A stretch of 64,000 nt of DNA from the human T2T-CHM13v2.0 reference genome, Homo sapiens: NCBI RefSeq assembly GCF_009914755.1, contig NC_060934.1, one strand, 5' to 3'. The notes beneath the pieces are model-generated. The model saw only the letters and a program-made list of their open reading frames with translations, did no database searches and was not told the DNA's origin. This document shows, one piece after another, positions 13,480-30,875 of the stretch. The position numbers and the translations under genes are program-made. Position 1 is the first letter of the stretch, and each line of letters begins with the position of its first letter.

Positions 13480-14060
13480 AAATTCAACTAATTTAACACT
13501 GTGTTGATCTAGCGCTGGAGGGGACAGAAAAACAAGTAAGACCTGATCTTCCCACTAGAGGTGCCTATGGTAGGGTAGGAGATAGAAGACATGATGTAAA
13601 TAATTGTAAAAAAATGCCATGACAAGGCAGAATGGACCAGGTAGGATAACAGAAGGAGCAAGTGAGGTGGGGACTTAAGATTTCCTGGAGGAATCTGCCT
13701 TTCCAGCCTCTCTCTCTTCCACCCTCCCCTTTACTCACTATACTCTAGCCACACTGTCTTCCCTCTCTTCCCACCATGTGCCACATTCGTTTCTGCCTCA
13801 GGACATTTGCACGCCCGCTTCCCTTTTCCCTGTGTCCTTTCCTGAGAATTTTGCTCGGCTCATTCTTTTTCCTCATTTGGGTTTCAGCTCAGATGTCATC
13901 ATGTCAGGAAGTCCTCCCCGATGACCTTATCCTGCTTATTTGTTTACTTATCTTCTCTCTTGCCATGGAGAATGGAAGCTTCCCTTATATTTGAGAGTCA
14001 CAGATAAGCTAAGACAAGAACATAATGCTGCTCAAAAAATACTGAGATTCGAAGGGAGTA
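13480..14060. mobile_element. L2 fragments (boundaries approximate)
   Basis: L2-like motifs ctctagccacactg, gcctcaggacatttgcac, tcagctcagatgtca. Confidence 0.55.
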
Positions 14061-14692
14061 GAGAGAGAGAAAAGGACAAGACTGAGAATTCCTCTTTGGG
14101 TTTATTCATTTAGGTGGGATGAGGAGCAAGAGAAACTAGCAATGAGAAGGCTCAGAGAAGGAGGAAGAAGGGCAGGCTAGGGCCGGGAGAGAGAAGCCAA
14201 GGGTGCTGGGTGCTTCCACAGAAGGAGCTACAGAAACATTGAGGCAGATGGGGAAATGGCAGTGGGTGTGACAACCGAATGGCCATTGGTGATCCTTCGG
14301 GGAAGGAGGGACAGCAGGAGCAGAGGTCAAGGTTATGAGGGCATATGGAGTGGTTGGTGAGGATGCGGGGCGCCAGGAAGAGTGAGTTGCACCTGATGGC
14401 TAGTAGGGAAGGAAGGAGAGAGGTAGTGCGCCATCTTGGGATCGTAGCAGGCTTGAGAGAACGTATTTTCTAAGATTGATGGGAAGATCTAAGTTTGAAT
14501 GCAGACTCAAAGGAAAACTACAGAGGGAGATATTGAAGATGAAAGAAGTGGGGAAAGTTGAAAGAGAAAGCTGCTGAAAGAGGTGGAGTAGAAGGGCTGG
14601 AGAGTACAGATGAAGGGATCCAACCAGCCACATTTCGGGGAGTTGTGCTGATCGACAGGACAAATGTTAAGGTGATCAGGTATCACAATCTA

Positions 14693-15033
<341 letters not shown>

Positions 15034-15297
15034 CAATCTAAAATTTTACAGAGAAGTGGTTGGGGCAAATATCTGTTCTCTTTGCTTTTTCAAGTTTTGG
15101 AGTTCTTAAGAAGTTCTTTAAGATATTCATCTTACATTGGGAAGGGGCTTGTTTCAGAGCCAATTAAATCCAGTTTAATTTAAAATCTCCAAGATGAAGG
15201 AAGTATGACTTTCCCCATGATGTATGTTTTTTTTTCTTTTTATACTCTTTTTTCTGATTTTTCAAGTAATATATGCTTTTTATTTTTATTATTATTA

Positions 15298-15630
<333 letters not shown>

Positions 15631-15669
15631 GACACCAAAAAGTGAAAGGAATTTAAAATGTACCTGTAA

Positions 15670-16100
<431 letters not shown>

Positions 16101-16457
16101 CAAATTATGTAAACTTTAACGCTCAGTAGTTCTCTTCTGTAGGATGAGGATGGTGGTCATAGCTATTACCTTACACCAGCTGATGTGAGGACTAAATTAT
16201 CTCCAGAACCTGTAGCCCATATGGGAAGTACTCAAAGGCCCCTGCTTTTATGATAATGCCGTTTTCCTCCCAGGCTCTTCCATATAGATGCTCTTCCCCT
16301 TGTGAAACTCAGGTTGCTTTGCAGGAACAATTTTGTGTCCTGTTTTTGTTCTCATCTACCCTTAGCTTGTGAACATTTTCCCATAACATCTACATTTCCC
16401 TTTTTATTCTAAAGGGAGCTATGGCACGATGCCCCCAAGAAAGTGATAACTACATAC

Positions 16458-16986
16458 CATAGTCCCCCATTATCTAGAGTTTTGCTTTCCAAGGCTTTAG
16501 TTAACCATGGGTCAACCGAAGTCCAAAGATGGTCAATGGGAAATTCCAGAAATAAGAATTCATAAGTTTTAAATTGCATGTCATTCTGAATAGTGTGAAG
16601 ATATCTCACACCTTCCCACTCCATCCCGCCTGGGACATGGACCCTCCCTTTGTCTAGCTCCTGCTGTCCACATTACTCACCCACTAGTCACCTAGTAGCC
16701 ATCTTGGTTCCCAGATCGACTGTCTTGAGGTCATAGTACTTATATTCAAGTCACTCTTATTTTACTTAATAGCCTCAAGCACAAGAGCAACGAATCTGGC
16801 ATATTGTTAGAATTGTTGAATTTATTAGTTATAGTGGTTAATCTCTTACTATGCCTAATTTATAAATGAAACTTTATCCAAAGTAATGTATATATAGTGT
16901 ATATAGGGTTTGGTACTATTCGAGGTTTCAGGCACCCACTGAGGCTCTTGGAAGGGACCCCCTCAAGGAAAAGGGTAGACAACTGC
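16458..16986 (+). mobile_element. MER44-family (TcMar-Tigger) element
   Basis: agtcccccattatc start; gaaattccagaaataa, ttttaaattgc and ggtactattcgaggtttcaggca motifs. Confidence 0.8.
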
Positions 16987-17319
16987 ATATTGTCATAACT
17001 CTTGCAGTATCAATTATTTTTACCTTTTTTAAAGTTTAAGAACTCAGCATCATCATCATCATACTGGAAGCTCACTTTACAAAGAATCACCATAGGGCAG
17101 CAGCCGGTACTTATCCCTTCTCTACAAAAACAAATCACAAGCAAAAACCAGGATCCAGCCCTGTGCTAGGACATCAGGGCAGAAACAGACCAAAGCCTGC
17201 ACAGTGTTCACTGCTCCATTTAGCCTTTGCTGCTTCTCCGCAGGTTGGGTTGTGTTGGTAAAGAAATAAACAAAAGGAGAGTCCCTCTTTCTAATCAGTT
17301 TCCTATTGCACTCGGTGGC

Positions 17320-17678
17320 TATATTAGTCTGTTCTCACACTGCTGATAAAGACATACCTGAGACTGAGTAATTTATAAAGAAAAAGTGGTTTAATGGACT
17401 CACGGTTTCACATGGCTGGGGAGGCCTCACAATCGTGGTGGAAGGCAAAAGGCATGTCTTACATGGCAGCAGGCAAGAGAGAGCGTGTGCGGGGGAACTC
17501 ACACGTTTACAAAACCATCAGATCTCCTGAAACTTATCCACTATCATGAGAACAGCACGGGAAAGATCCGCCCCCATGATTCAATAACCTCCCACCGGGT
17601 CTCTCTCATGACACATGGGAATTGTGGGAGCTACAATTCAAGATGAGATTTGGGTGGGGACACAGCCAAATCCAATCA
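17320..17678 (-). mobile_element. THE1 solo LTR
   Basis: tattagtctgttctcacactgct...gggtggggacacagccaaa; 5-bp TSD gtggc on both sides. Confidence 0.92.
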
Positions 17679-18179
17679 GTGGCTCCAGGGGCTCAAGTCA
17701 TGGGAAGGGGAATTGAGAGGAGAAATTCCCCTTCCAGCACCATCAGGGCCCTGCAGACCCTGGTGTCACCATCCATGCATGGCAGCAGTGCCCTATGCTC
17801 TGTGGCTGGCAGCCTGTGTGAGTTATTGGGGTCATCATCACAGCCCTGCCAAGGCAGCACCTGCAGTTCATCTCAGATCCACTGGCTTGGGTTCAAAACC
17901 CCGTACCAAACCCTTTCAGAGTGCTGGTGTTTGGTGCAGGGTCTTCTCTCAAACCCCTCTCTCATGTTACACTTTTAACTTGCGATGCATTAGATTGTAA
18001 GTGGGCTAGAAATTATCGGCACATTATCTTTAAAAGCAATTTGGATTTTCTTCTAATAAAAGCCATTCACTTCAATTCTTTTAGCCATGGACACAATTTT
18101 CTTTCTTAGGGCCAGTTTTTCAAATGTCACAGACTACTAACAAAGCATACCTCATATTCAATTGTCTATGGTAAGGTAG

Positions 18180-18526
<347 letters not shown>

Positions 18527-18963
18527 TAATTCTGCTCTTAAATGCCATTTGATGATGGGTGATCCATCGTACTCCTAATCCAAGTCACTGAAGTATCTGG
18601 TGGCTACATGGACTACCAATACAGCAGGGTGGAGGAGATTCCCTCTGGCCCTGGGCATTTCTTTTCTGCAGATGAGCTGCAGTACTAGTCCTCAGGCCTT
18701 TGCATATGGCTAGAAACCAACCCTTGAAGTCTGGGGCTACAGTTCCCTCCTTAATGAAAAACACATTGTAATACCAGAAGTGGCGCCTGATGGCAAGCTT
18801 ATTTGCCAACGTGGAGCCAGTGCCCTGCCGGGGTCTACTTTGTTTTGGAATTTCTAGCGTATTAAAGGCCCTAAAGAGAAACTGTGTTCCATATGTGGAG
18901 ATAACCAGCCTTCCAGAAAAGCACAATGAAAAGGAAGGTGGGGCTGTGAGTAGTCAATGCTGA

Positions 18964-19570
<607 letters not shown>

Positions 19571-20231
19571 TTATGTAGGTTCTTTATCTCTAGAAGAAAC
19601 TGATTTTGACCCCGTTTAACAGAAGACAAAACTGAGGCTCAGGACAACAAAGTTGCTTGCCAAGTCCATGCACGGGTAAATGGTGGAGTTGGAGTATGGA
19701 CCTGTGTCAGTCTGACACTGAAGTCACCAAGGCTCATCTTGTGTACGCCATGATGCTAATCTAAAATTTCTAGCAAAGGGAAAAGAAAATAATTGTGGAT
19801 GTATGGCTGTGTATTTTTCTGAGCGGCAGAGAAAACTGTTAGTTTACTAGACAATTAAGCAGTGAGTACTAAGATTCAAATGAATCGACTTGAATTTTCC
19901 AGCAGCATTAAGATTTCATAAAACAGCAAGAGGTTGGATGACAAAACAAAACAAATGGGCTACTCCCTGGTGTTGGCCCTTAGCAAAATCCTGGGAAGGG
20001 GGAAAGTGTAGACGTTGAGCATTTTTGAAAACTGAGATTCACAATAAGTTCCACATTTGTTCTGATCCTCCCTCCAGCCCCGACACTGGGCACTTTCTCA
20101 AGGCCTGAGAACTGGGTGTCTGCTTGTCCAGAACATTCTTGCTAAATAATTGGCTTAGAAAGTCGTGAAAGGCGTCAGTGGCTCTGAACCACGGGGAAAC
20201 CCAAACAGTTTATGAAGAACAAGATCAGCCC

Positions 20232-20704
<473 letters not shown>

Positions 20705-21368
20705 TAAACAGAGTCCAGAGAAAAAGGAGGAAGAGTAAAAATCCTCCTTCGCTAGAGAAAGCACAGTGTCTCAAGATTTAGAATCTAGCTGGCAACTGGG
20801 AATCTTTGGTGTTATTTCTGCGAGCAATGTGAATTCATTGGGTTGAACAAATGGCTAGCCCTTTTTGCATTTTCAGTTTTCCATTCCATTTATTCTTTAT
20901 TGTGTCCTTGTATCTTTCTGGCCCCTAAAACTCGCTCACTCACTCCTTTTCTTTCTCTCTGTACTGTAAGCCACTTACAAAGTTGATTACATACGGCGAC
21001 TAGGAACCCACCGCTCTTTCCCCACACCTTTCCCTTTGCTTGCCTTTTTTCTTTTTTTGAAAACCCTCCCCTCTCTAAGAGCCTATGTAAACCCTGCCTG
21101 TTCTTCAACTTCCTCCCTAGATCCTGCTCTCGGCACAGCTTGCTTCTTCCTCTGAAATCCAGTGGTATTTCTTGTCGGGATTTCTCACCTGGCCCCATAC
21201 GCTACTGCAGTACATTGCTAGTTATCTCTTTCCTACTTAGGCGAGTGATTTACCTAGCTATTCTGAAAGGTGCAGCAAAGACTGTCTCCTATCCTTTTGT
21301 GTTTCTTTCTCGGTATCAGCACACCAACTGGCTTCTAACTCATTAAAGATTGCGTGATTGGAATGTAA

Positions 21369-22111
<743 letters not shown>

Positions 22112-22311
22112 TAAGTTAACAATTTCCCCCAGCACTCTGAGTATTTTATTCTATGAAATGGCTTAAATATGGGAATTTTATTGGACAGCCTTGGCTGGGA
22201 TTCTCAGCAATGGGCACTTGCAAGTATGAGAATCCCTTCTCAGTAAAAGTCCCCTCTCCCTGCAACAATGATCATCAGAGAATGTCTATCCATATTCAAA
22301 AGCTGTGAGTG

Positions 22312-22631
<320 letters not shown>

Positions 22632-23579
22632 TTAGATTTGTAATCATCAGGTGACAGGTTCATTATTCTTCAAAGACCTTTTAGAGGAGGGTGTTTTAGA
22701 CAATGGCCAGGTTGTGTCATGACAGCTGAGCTCGTTGTTTCATGGGTTTACCCGCTTCATGAGCTTGGGAGGCAAACCAGATATAACACAGTCGTGAAAA
22801 TGAGGCCACTCCAAGCTCATGCATGTGCTCAGTTTCTACCCGGGAGCACTGTGAGAGCTGGCACTTGCTGCCCTTCTACTGCCATTCCTGGATCAGAGCC
22901 CTGCAACACGGGGTCAGCTGCAATTTGCCCCCCAGGGCTGAGTATCAACAGGCACTTCCCCTCGCTCTGAAAATGCTTGGGGGCATCCTCGTGCTCTCTA
23001 TTTGGCCAAGAGAGAACACGAACCGCAGGTTATTTGGCCCAGACCAGTAGATGCCGTGGAAAAGGCACCGTGGCTGCCCCAGAACAGGCAAATCACAAAA
23101 TGCTTGCCTTGGGAAGCATAAACAAAGCCTCATGGTGTAGGAGGGGCAGCCCCCGACTTTGGATCCGGGATCAGAGGGAAGAGAGAATACAGGGCTGTTT
23201 AGATTTCTAGGAACCACTATCTCTGTGAACTTCACTCTGCTGTGAGCCCCAGGAGGTACCTGCTACCCAAGACACCAACAATTGCCTGCCTGGAATCTTT
23301 GGCGGCAGCTTGTTTCCTGACAAAATTGTTTGTCAAAAGCCTTCATTGAATTTCCCCTGGAAACTGAAAGGAAACTCACCACAGTTATGATAATAGTAAC
23401 AATCGTACACTTATTTTGGAAACAGACGCTTTAATTTTTTGAGACGTTAAGGAATATTGTTCTCTATTCATCATTTCTCAGGTGACACAGAAAGCTCAGG
23501 CATCTCGAGATTTGCTTTGATTTTGTAGCCAGGGAGTAAATTGATAACTGTGACTGAACATTGATTGGACATGTACTAT

Positions 23580-23790
23580 TTCTCAGGTTTGGTCTAAGTA
23601 CTTTATATATATAGTCTCATTCATTCCTGAGGATAACACTATGTGGCAAATAAGGCTATTGCCATTTTATAGATGAGAGGATTTGGACTCCGAAGGGGAA
23701 GCGATTTGTCCTCAGACTTACCCTCTTGGAGTAAGGACTTATATATAATTCATGGACTTCAGGGCACATGCTCCTAACGCCATGCTAAGC
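23580..23790 (-). mobile_element. MIR fragment
   Basis: ccattttatagatgagagga core. Confidence 0.6.
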
Positions 23791-23819
23791 TGACTGTCTG
23801 GGATGGGTTGACCGGCAGC

Positions 23820-24150
23820 CCACCTACCTGCACTTCCCAGTCTGTGTGGTAGTTGGGTGTGTGGTCATGTGACCAAGTTCTGGCCAATGAGAAGAAGAGG
23901 AGCCCCACTTCTTGGTCTGACCCATAAAAATCTCTCACCAGAGCTCTTCCATTCTCTGCCCTCCTTTTTTTTAAGTGAAGGGGACACTGAACCCAGAGGA
24001 GGGCAGGGCAGAGTCACAAGATGACATCGAATGATCCTATGGAAGGCTGTGTACCTACCAGAGCATGTTTAACTTTTTATGAGTTAGAAATAGATTTCTC
24101 TTGTGTTAAATCACTGAAATTTCCAAGTTATCCACTGCAGAAGCTAAAGT
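23820..24150 (+). mobile_element. Ancient ERVL/MaLR-type LTR fragment (LTR16-like)
   Basis: ggtcatgtgaccaagttctggccaatgag motif and tgttaaatcactgaaattt 3' region. Confidence 0.5.
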
Positions 24151-24699
24151 TACCTTAATTGATGACCCCTATAATAAAAATGGATTGAGCACAGTTAAAA
24201 CATGACTGTAAGTGGACCCTTAGCCAGAATTTATCTCTCCTTCCAAACGGTATGCTCTCTCTCAATCTGTAGAGGATGTGGCCACAACTAGGAAATTCTC
24301 CGCCAACTTACAAAGATGAGAAAGACAACCCCATATCCTCTTTCCATTTTTCAAAGGGAGTTAACACGACATGAAAATAATCAGACTGCAGGACAATCAT
24401 TCACTGGAAACCCATCTGGTGTGGTGATGAGCTCATACCCTTGAGAATGAAGAAAATTTCCATCTGAGGCTGGGCGGTGAGGCTTCCAAAATAGGCCAGC
24501 TGGTTTTCAAAAGGGCCAGTGGTGGGTATGACAGTGCTTAGTAGAGAGGGCCAGTGGCCAAGCTGTATAGGCAACATCATTGTAAATGATTTTAAACACA
24601 CGATGCTTATTAAATAAGGCCACCTGATGGTTCAGAGCTCTTGTCCTCCCATCTGCCATAGCAACTTTGGTTTGATACCAAATGTGACTTCTGCCCATT

Positions 24700-25186
24700 C
24701 ACCTCCCACCACCTCAGCCTAGTTAATTCCTACTTATCTTTAAGACCTCTGACCAAATAGTGCCTCCTCAAGTAGCTTTCTTCAACATCACAGAAAAGGC
24801 AAGGTCCCTCTTAGGTTACCAGGTGCCTTGTCCTCAAAGCATTGACCTCCAATTTTAATTTGACTTGAATTTGTCTAATCATTATATTAATGCTGCTGAG
24901 TAAATGATGTTAGATTTCCACCTTTATAAGAATATGGAATCATATTTTTTTTGTTTACCATTTCATCTCCAGGACTTAGCTCAATGTCTAGCACATAGAG
25001 GGTGTTCATTAATTATTTGTTAGATGAATGAACAAAGACATGAATGAATGAATGAATGAATGAATTTACCATTCTACCTCCAGAACTTTGCTCAATGTCT
25101 GGTACATAGAGGGTGTTCATTAGTTATTTGTTAGATGAATGAACAAAAACAAACGAATGAATGAATGAATGAATGAATGAATGAAT
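24700..25186 (+). mobile_element. L2 3' end, terminal 111 bp tandemly duplicated, (TGAA)n tails
   Basis: caatgtctagcacatag...tatttgttagatgaatgaa occurs twice, units starting at 24954 and 25065. Confidence 0.82.
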
Positions 25187-27780
25187 CTTCATTTAATTAA
25201 TGGAGAAGCGGAGGAATTTAGCCACTTGGCTTCCACAGCTGCTACTAGCCATCTTCTTCCAAATGACTTTATTGAAAGAGACTACTCCGAATACACCATT
25301 TCTTCTGTAGCTGATCATTGCCCCAGAACAAATGTCTACAGTGTGGCTGTTGAGATCTCTCCCCAGAGGAGACCAGCCACTAACTTCTCTGAGCCTCGTT
25401 ATGATACCATTATTTATAAAAATGAAGATGACAGTACTTGCCCCCCAGGGGTATTGAGAATCAAAAATAATAAAATGCATTTGGAAATATACTCTGAACA
25501 TTTCAAAAAGATATGCATATATATGGTTTTTTTAGTGTCAAAACTTGTCTCTTACATGATGAAATTTTGAAAAGGCAAGCGTTTGTGAAGACTAGAACCT
25601 TTTGAGAATGGTAAGAAAATAGACTCTCTATTTAGTGAAATATGCATTTTTTCAAGGGAATAGCAGAGCAATTCGATTCCTGACCATCTCCACCAGCTCC
25701 ACCACAAGAGACTCCCAAACAAATACAAATTAAGTAAAACCCTGGCTGTTCTCCTTCCAGTGGGATTACTATTCCTGAGCTCCATCTAAGTAGACCTTTA
25801 GAAGCCCTCAGTGTTCAAAGGTAGTTGGCTCTTGATCAAAAGCTCAAATTCTCAGTTGATTCCCACAGTGCTTTGGTGGTAGATTAGCATATGGCGGGAG
25901 AGACAGAACCCAAATTACTGGTGGCTGATGCAAAAACTGGCAGCTAATTGTAAACCTCCAAACAAAGTATTATTTACTCACTGAAACAAAGAAAAGTGCT
26001 TTCAAGGAGAATGAAAATATCCCTTATGTCATGTCAGATTCAAGAATATTTCATGAACAAAGTAAAAATTGAGCTGTTAGGTTGTTTGCAAATACTGTCC
26101 ACATCAAGGAAGAACAATTTGAAAATGTAAGAAGTGAGAGTTTTGCTTTCCATCCTATTGCAAAAATATGTTTCCGTGTCAATTTAAGAAAGTACTGTTG
26201 CAAACGACAGGGTGAGTGAAATGGAAGCACACCAGTAGAAATGCAAACACATCTTCCTTTACTGACAGGCACCTACAGCCTTAATGAATGCCTGAAAAAA
26301 ACTAAAACAAACAAATGTGCAGACTTGACAGAGAAATTTAATGAATTTACTAATTGTTCTTCCTTGGTGCAAGCCTCTTTTTTTTTTTTTTTTTTTTCAA
26401 CCACATATGTTGTAGATAATCAGAGAAAAGGCCAAGCCCACACCATATGTAGGCACTAAATAATATGCAGGGCATCGCTCTTTAAAACATACATTGCCAT
26501 AACGAAATGATGAAAGGGGAACAGCAAAAATAGCAAATTGAGAATCAAAGCCCAACTTTCCACATGTGGAAACGTTTGGTTGGGTCATGGTAGAATCCAT
26601 CAGTCCAAGACTGGTTGTATGAGCTGTTTGTGAAGATAAAAACGAATCATTGAAAACCCAATCTCATTTTAGAGGAATTGTCCTTTATTAGGAGAATGGA
26701 TCATTGATGTCACTATAACTAATCATGTGGACAGCTGATAGAGATGCATTTTCAAAATGATTATTCTAGAAGTTCTGTTTCAAAAGCATATTTTCTATAA
26801 AGAAGAAAACACACAAAGCGTTCTACGTAATTACAAACCCTATTCTAGGTTGGTAGGTGTTCTTATATATTAGCTCACATGTTTTCTTATAGAGTGTGTG
26901 AGAAATTCAGTATCTATAGGTCATTGCAGGCCTGGCTCTGTGGTCTCCAGACAGCCAGTGTTAGAGCATTAGGTTAGGACTGCTTTGCAGGTTAGGAAAA
27001 GGACTCTCCTCAAATTCCTAACACATGGATGTTCATTCTAGCCACTGGTCCATATTTCCTTTCTAGAAGCAGCAGTGATGGGTGAACCACTGATAATTAT
27101 AAAACCATGAAACAAACATTCAAGGGCATTCATGCTTGGAGGAAGGTGGGATGTGCCCTGTGACCCTCAACACAGCCAACCCAGAACCAGAGAGGAGAGG
27201 ACCAGGTGTGTTATCTTGTTGGTGCTTTGTCAACAGGCATTAGAAAAAAAAAAAAACAGAAACAAAGTCCACAACTCTGATGACTCTGATGACGGACGCG
27301 GTTTCTACAAATAGACCAAAGAAAACCAAAACAAAAAACATCAAACAAACAAACAAACAAAAACCAAACCAAACACAATCCCCCTCCCCACGAACAAACG
27401 AACAACATCTAACTTAAAAAGAAAAATTTAAAACAGGTTTACATATGCCATACATATGTGTTTTACAACTTTGGGGCCAGAAGCAATTTATGGTAAGTCA
27501 ATAATTCAGATTGTTGGTCTTATTTATTTTATTTTTCCTATAGTTTTACTGCACAGCCAGGAGTGGCGTGGAGCTGGAGGCAGGGTGGGGGTGGGTGGGG
27601 AGGCAATAGAGAGGACAGAGGTCGATTTGTCATGAAACCAATGAAGCTTAAACTTCAGGGTTCCTCACTTCATGGGATCTTCCAAGTCTCTGGGATGATT
27701 CCTAGCAAGATATTCATGCATTCATTGCTTACAAAAGTGAGATATTTTAATTGTCATCAGTTACAACTAATGCCTCTTCT

Positions 27781-28092
27781 TTTGTTTTTTTTTTTTTTTG
27801 AGACAGAGTTTCGCTCTGTCACCAGGCTGGAGTGCAATGGCGCGATCTCAGCTCACTGCAACCTCTGCCTCCCTGCAACCTCCACCTCCTGGGTTCAAGC
27901 GATTCTCCTGCCTCAGCCTCCTGGGTAGCTGGGCCTACAGGTGCCCATCACAGCCAGCTGATTTTTGTATTTTTAGTAGAGATGGGGTTTCACCATGTTG
28001 GCCAGGATGGTCTCGATCTCTTGACCTCATGACCTGCCCGCCTCTGCCTCCCAAAGTGCTGGGATTACAGGCGTGAGCCACTGCGCCTGGCC
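27781..28092 (-). mobile_element. AluSc-like with internal 17-bp duplication
   Basis: TSD aactaatgcctcttc; ctgcaacctc..cctcc occurs twice in tandem. Confidence 0.95.
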
Positions 28093-29127
28093 AACTAATG
28101 CCTCTTCCTATGTTGATTTCCCCTCTGTTAAATTTCCTCTTTTGCTCAGGTAACATTGGAATGACCACTGGGCATTTTTTTTTTTTTTTTTTTGAATTCA
28201 GCTAAGGAGAAGAATGGTCAGGATATATTCAGTTTGGGAGAGAGGAATATATTTGAGGTCCACAGACATTGCCATCTGTAATCAAGTTACGGTGAGCTGC
28301 ACCAGCCTAGAAATGGCTTCCAGCAAGAACCCTCACCCTTAAATGCCGACTCGCCCACCTTGTTCATGAAGGACTAGAGATCTTATCAAGATATGGCTGC
28401 ATCTTATGGCACCAGGCTGTGAAGGTATGTGGCTAGCAGAAGAGAAAGAAGGTTTAAAATGCCAACAGCCAGAAACCCATCTGTGGAGGAATCTCCCAAT
28501 CCTCAGACTGATAAGATAATAAGTAGAGAGTTCCATTCTCATACCTCCTGGACACAGGTGGCAGTGTTCCCACTGTCAGGAGTATATTTCATATATAGGA
28601 CACACAATTACAAAAGCACCATATAATGTTTTCTTTATTGAAGGAACTAGAATATAATTGGATTTTCCTGCAATCCCTGTGTTTAGAAGGCACATATCTG
28701 TAATCTTACTCTCAACAGCATGTTCTGCAATAGATCATATAAAAAAGAAACCTGTAAGAAGTCTTCCCAAATTCTTCAATAATTCTAAAAATCTGCACAG
28801 TATTTCCAATGACAAGTTATGAATTGGAAATAAACCTTTCTTTCTTTCAGTAATGAAAGGACAAGTTTTGATCAGCCATACCATGCGAAAGACAGACTTA
28901 GCTTTCTCTTCTCTCTCTGTAGAAAATGTTATAAAATCATTATCTTGTGAAGAAGAGATCAAAGACCAGGCAACCAAAATAGGTAGGAAGAAGAGGATAA
29001 TAGGGATGTTGGCAGGTTAATTAATAAACACACATTCCTTTTCTGAATTTTGTGATGTTTCTAATAGTTGTTGGCTTTCCTACATTTGTAACTTGTGATT
29101 TTTCCTTTCACATGTAAGTTTGTATAA

Positions 29128-29398
29128 CTTTTTTTTTTGAGACAGAGTTTCACTCTTGTTGCCCAGATTGGAGTGCAGTGGTGCCATCTTGGCTCACTGC
29201 GACCTCTCGAACTCCCGACCTCCCGGGTTCAAGCGATTCTCCTGCCTCAGCCTCCTCAGTAGCTGGGATTACAGGTGCCCGCCATCGTACCTGGCTAATT
29301 TTTTTTGTATTTTTAGTAGAGACAGGGTTTCACCATGTTGGCCAAGCTGGTCTCGAACTCCTGACCTCAGGTGATCTGCCTGTCTTGGCCTCCCAAAG
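29128..29398 (-). mobile_element. AluS, 5'-truncated by about 30 nt
   Basis: TSD tgtaagtttgtataa at 29113-29127 and 29399-29413. Confidence 0.94.
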
Positions 29399-29457
29399 TG
29401 TAAGTTTGTATAATTTTTAATGATTTTCCTTTTAAGTCTCCCCCACCCCCAATTATA

Positions 29458-29539
29458 TTAAGTTGGTGCAAAAGCAATGGCGGTTTTTGCTGTAATTAAA
29501 AGTAATGGCAAACCCGCAATTACTTTTGCACTAACCTAA
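29458..29539. mobile_element. MADE1 (Hsmar1-derived palindromic MITE)
   Basis: tta.gttggtgcaaaag...cttttgcactaacctaa flanked by TA dinucleotides. Confidence 0.93.
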
Positions 29540-29852
29540 TAGAAGCCGCAGGCCCTGCCATTAACCCTGGTTTGGGAGGGTAACGTGATAAAGAAGTCAT
29601 ATGTAAAAGGCACTTGGAAAAACAAAAGTCCCCGTTGAGAAGAGACTGGAGATGTGCAGGGGGCTGCCACTCACACACAGCCATGGTTCTGGGAGTGAGA
29701 TGGAAACCCGGGTGGGACAGAAGTTTCCCTCCAGGGCTGGGGCCGAGTGCTGTTTAGAGAAGGGGACTGCTGTGCTGAGTGGCACATCACAGCCACATCC
29801 TGCCTCTGGGTGTGACCTGGAGTGATCACATTCTTTCTCGTGATAATAAAAA

Positions 29853-30680
<828 letters not shown>

Positions 30681-30875
30681 GCAGCTAACATGGATTGGTT
30701 GCCTCGGATGTGCCAAGCCATGGGCTTAATTTGAATGATCTGAGTCAGTCCTCATGGTCGTCTTGTCAAGTCATTGCCACACCCTCATTTGTCAGGTGCC
30801 ACATACAACTTTTTGTCCTCTGTCATTAGTTCCTGCTAATATCAGAAATCACGTGTTAAGAATACAGATTGTGTA

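Larger units (their letters stand above)
27616..29569 (+). mobile_element. Degenerate hAT DNA transposon (Tip100 group, Zaphod/MER115-like) with transposase remnant
   Basis: 5' end cagaggtcgattt...aatgaagcttaaacttcaggg; 28758-28970 translates with stops and frameshifts as EVFPNSSIILKICTVFPMTSYELEINLS...F*SAIPCERQT*LSLLS.VENVIKSLSCEEEIKD, resembling the hAT C-terminal dimerisation domain. Confidence 0.72.
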
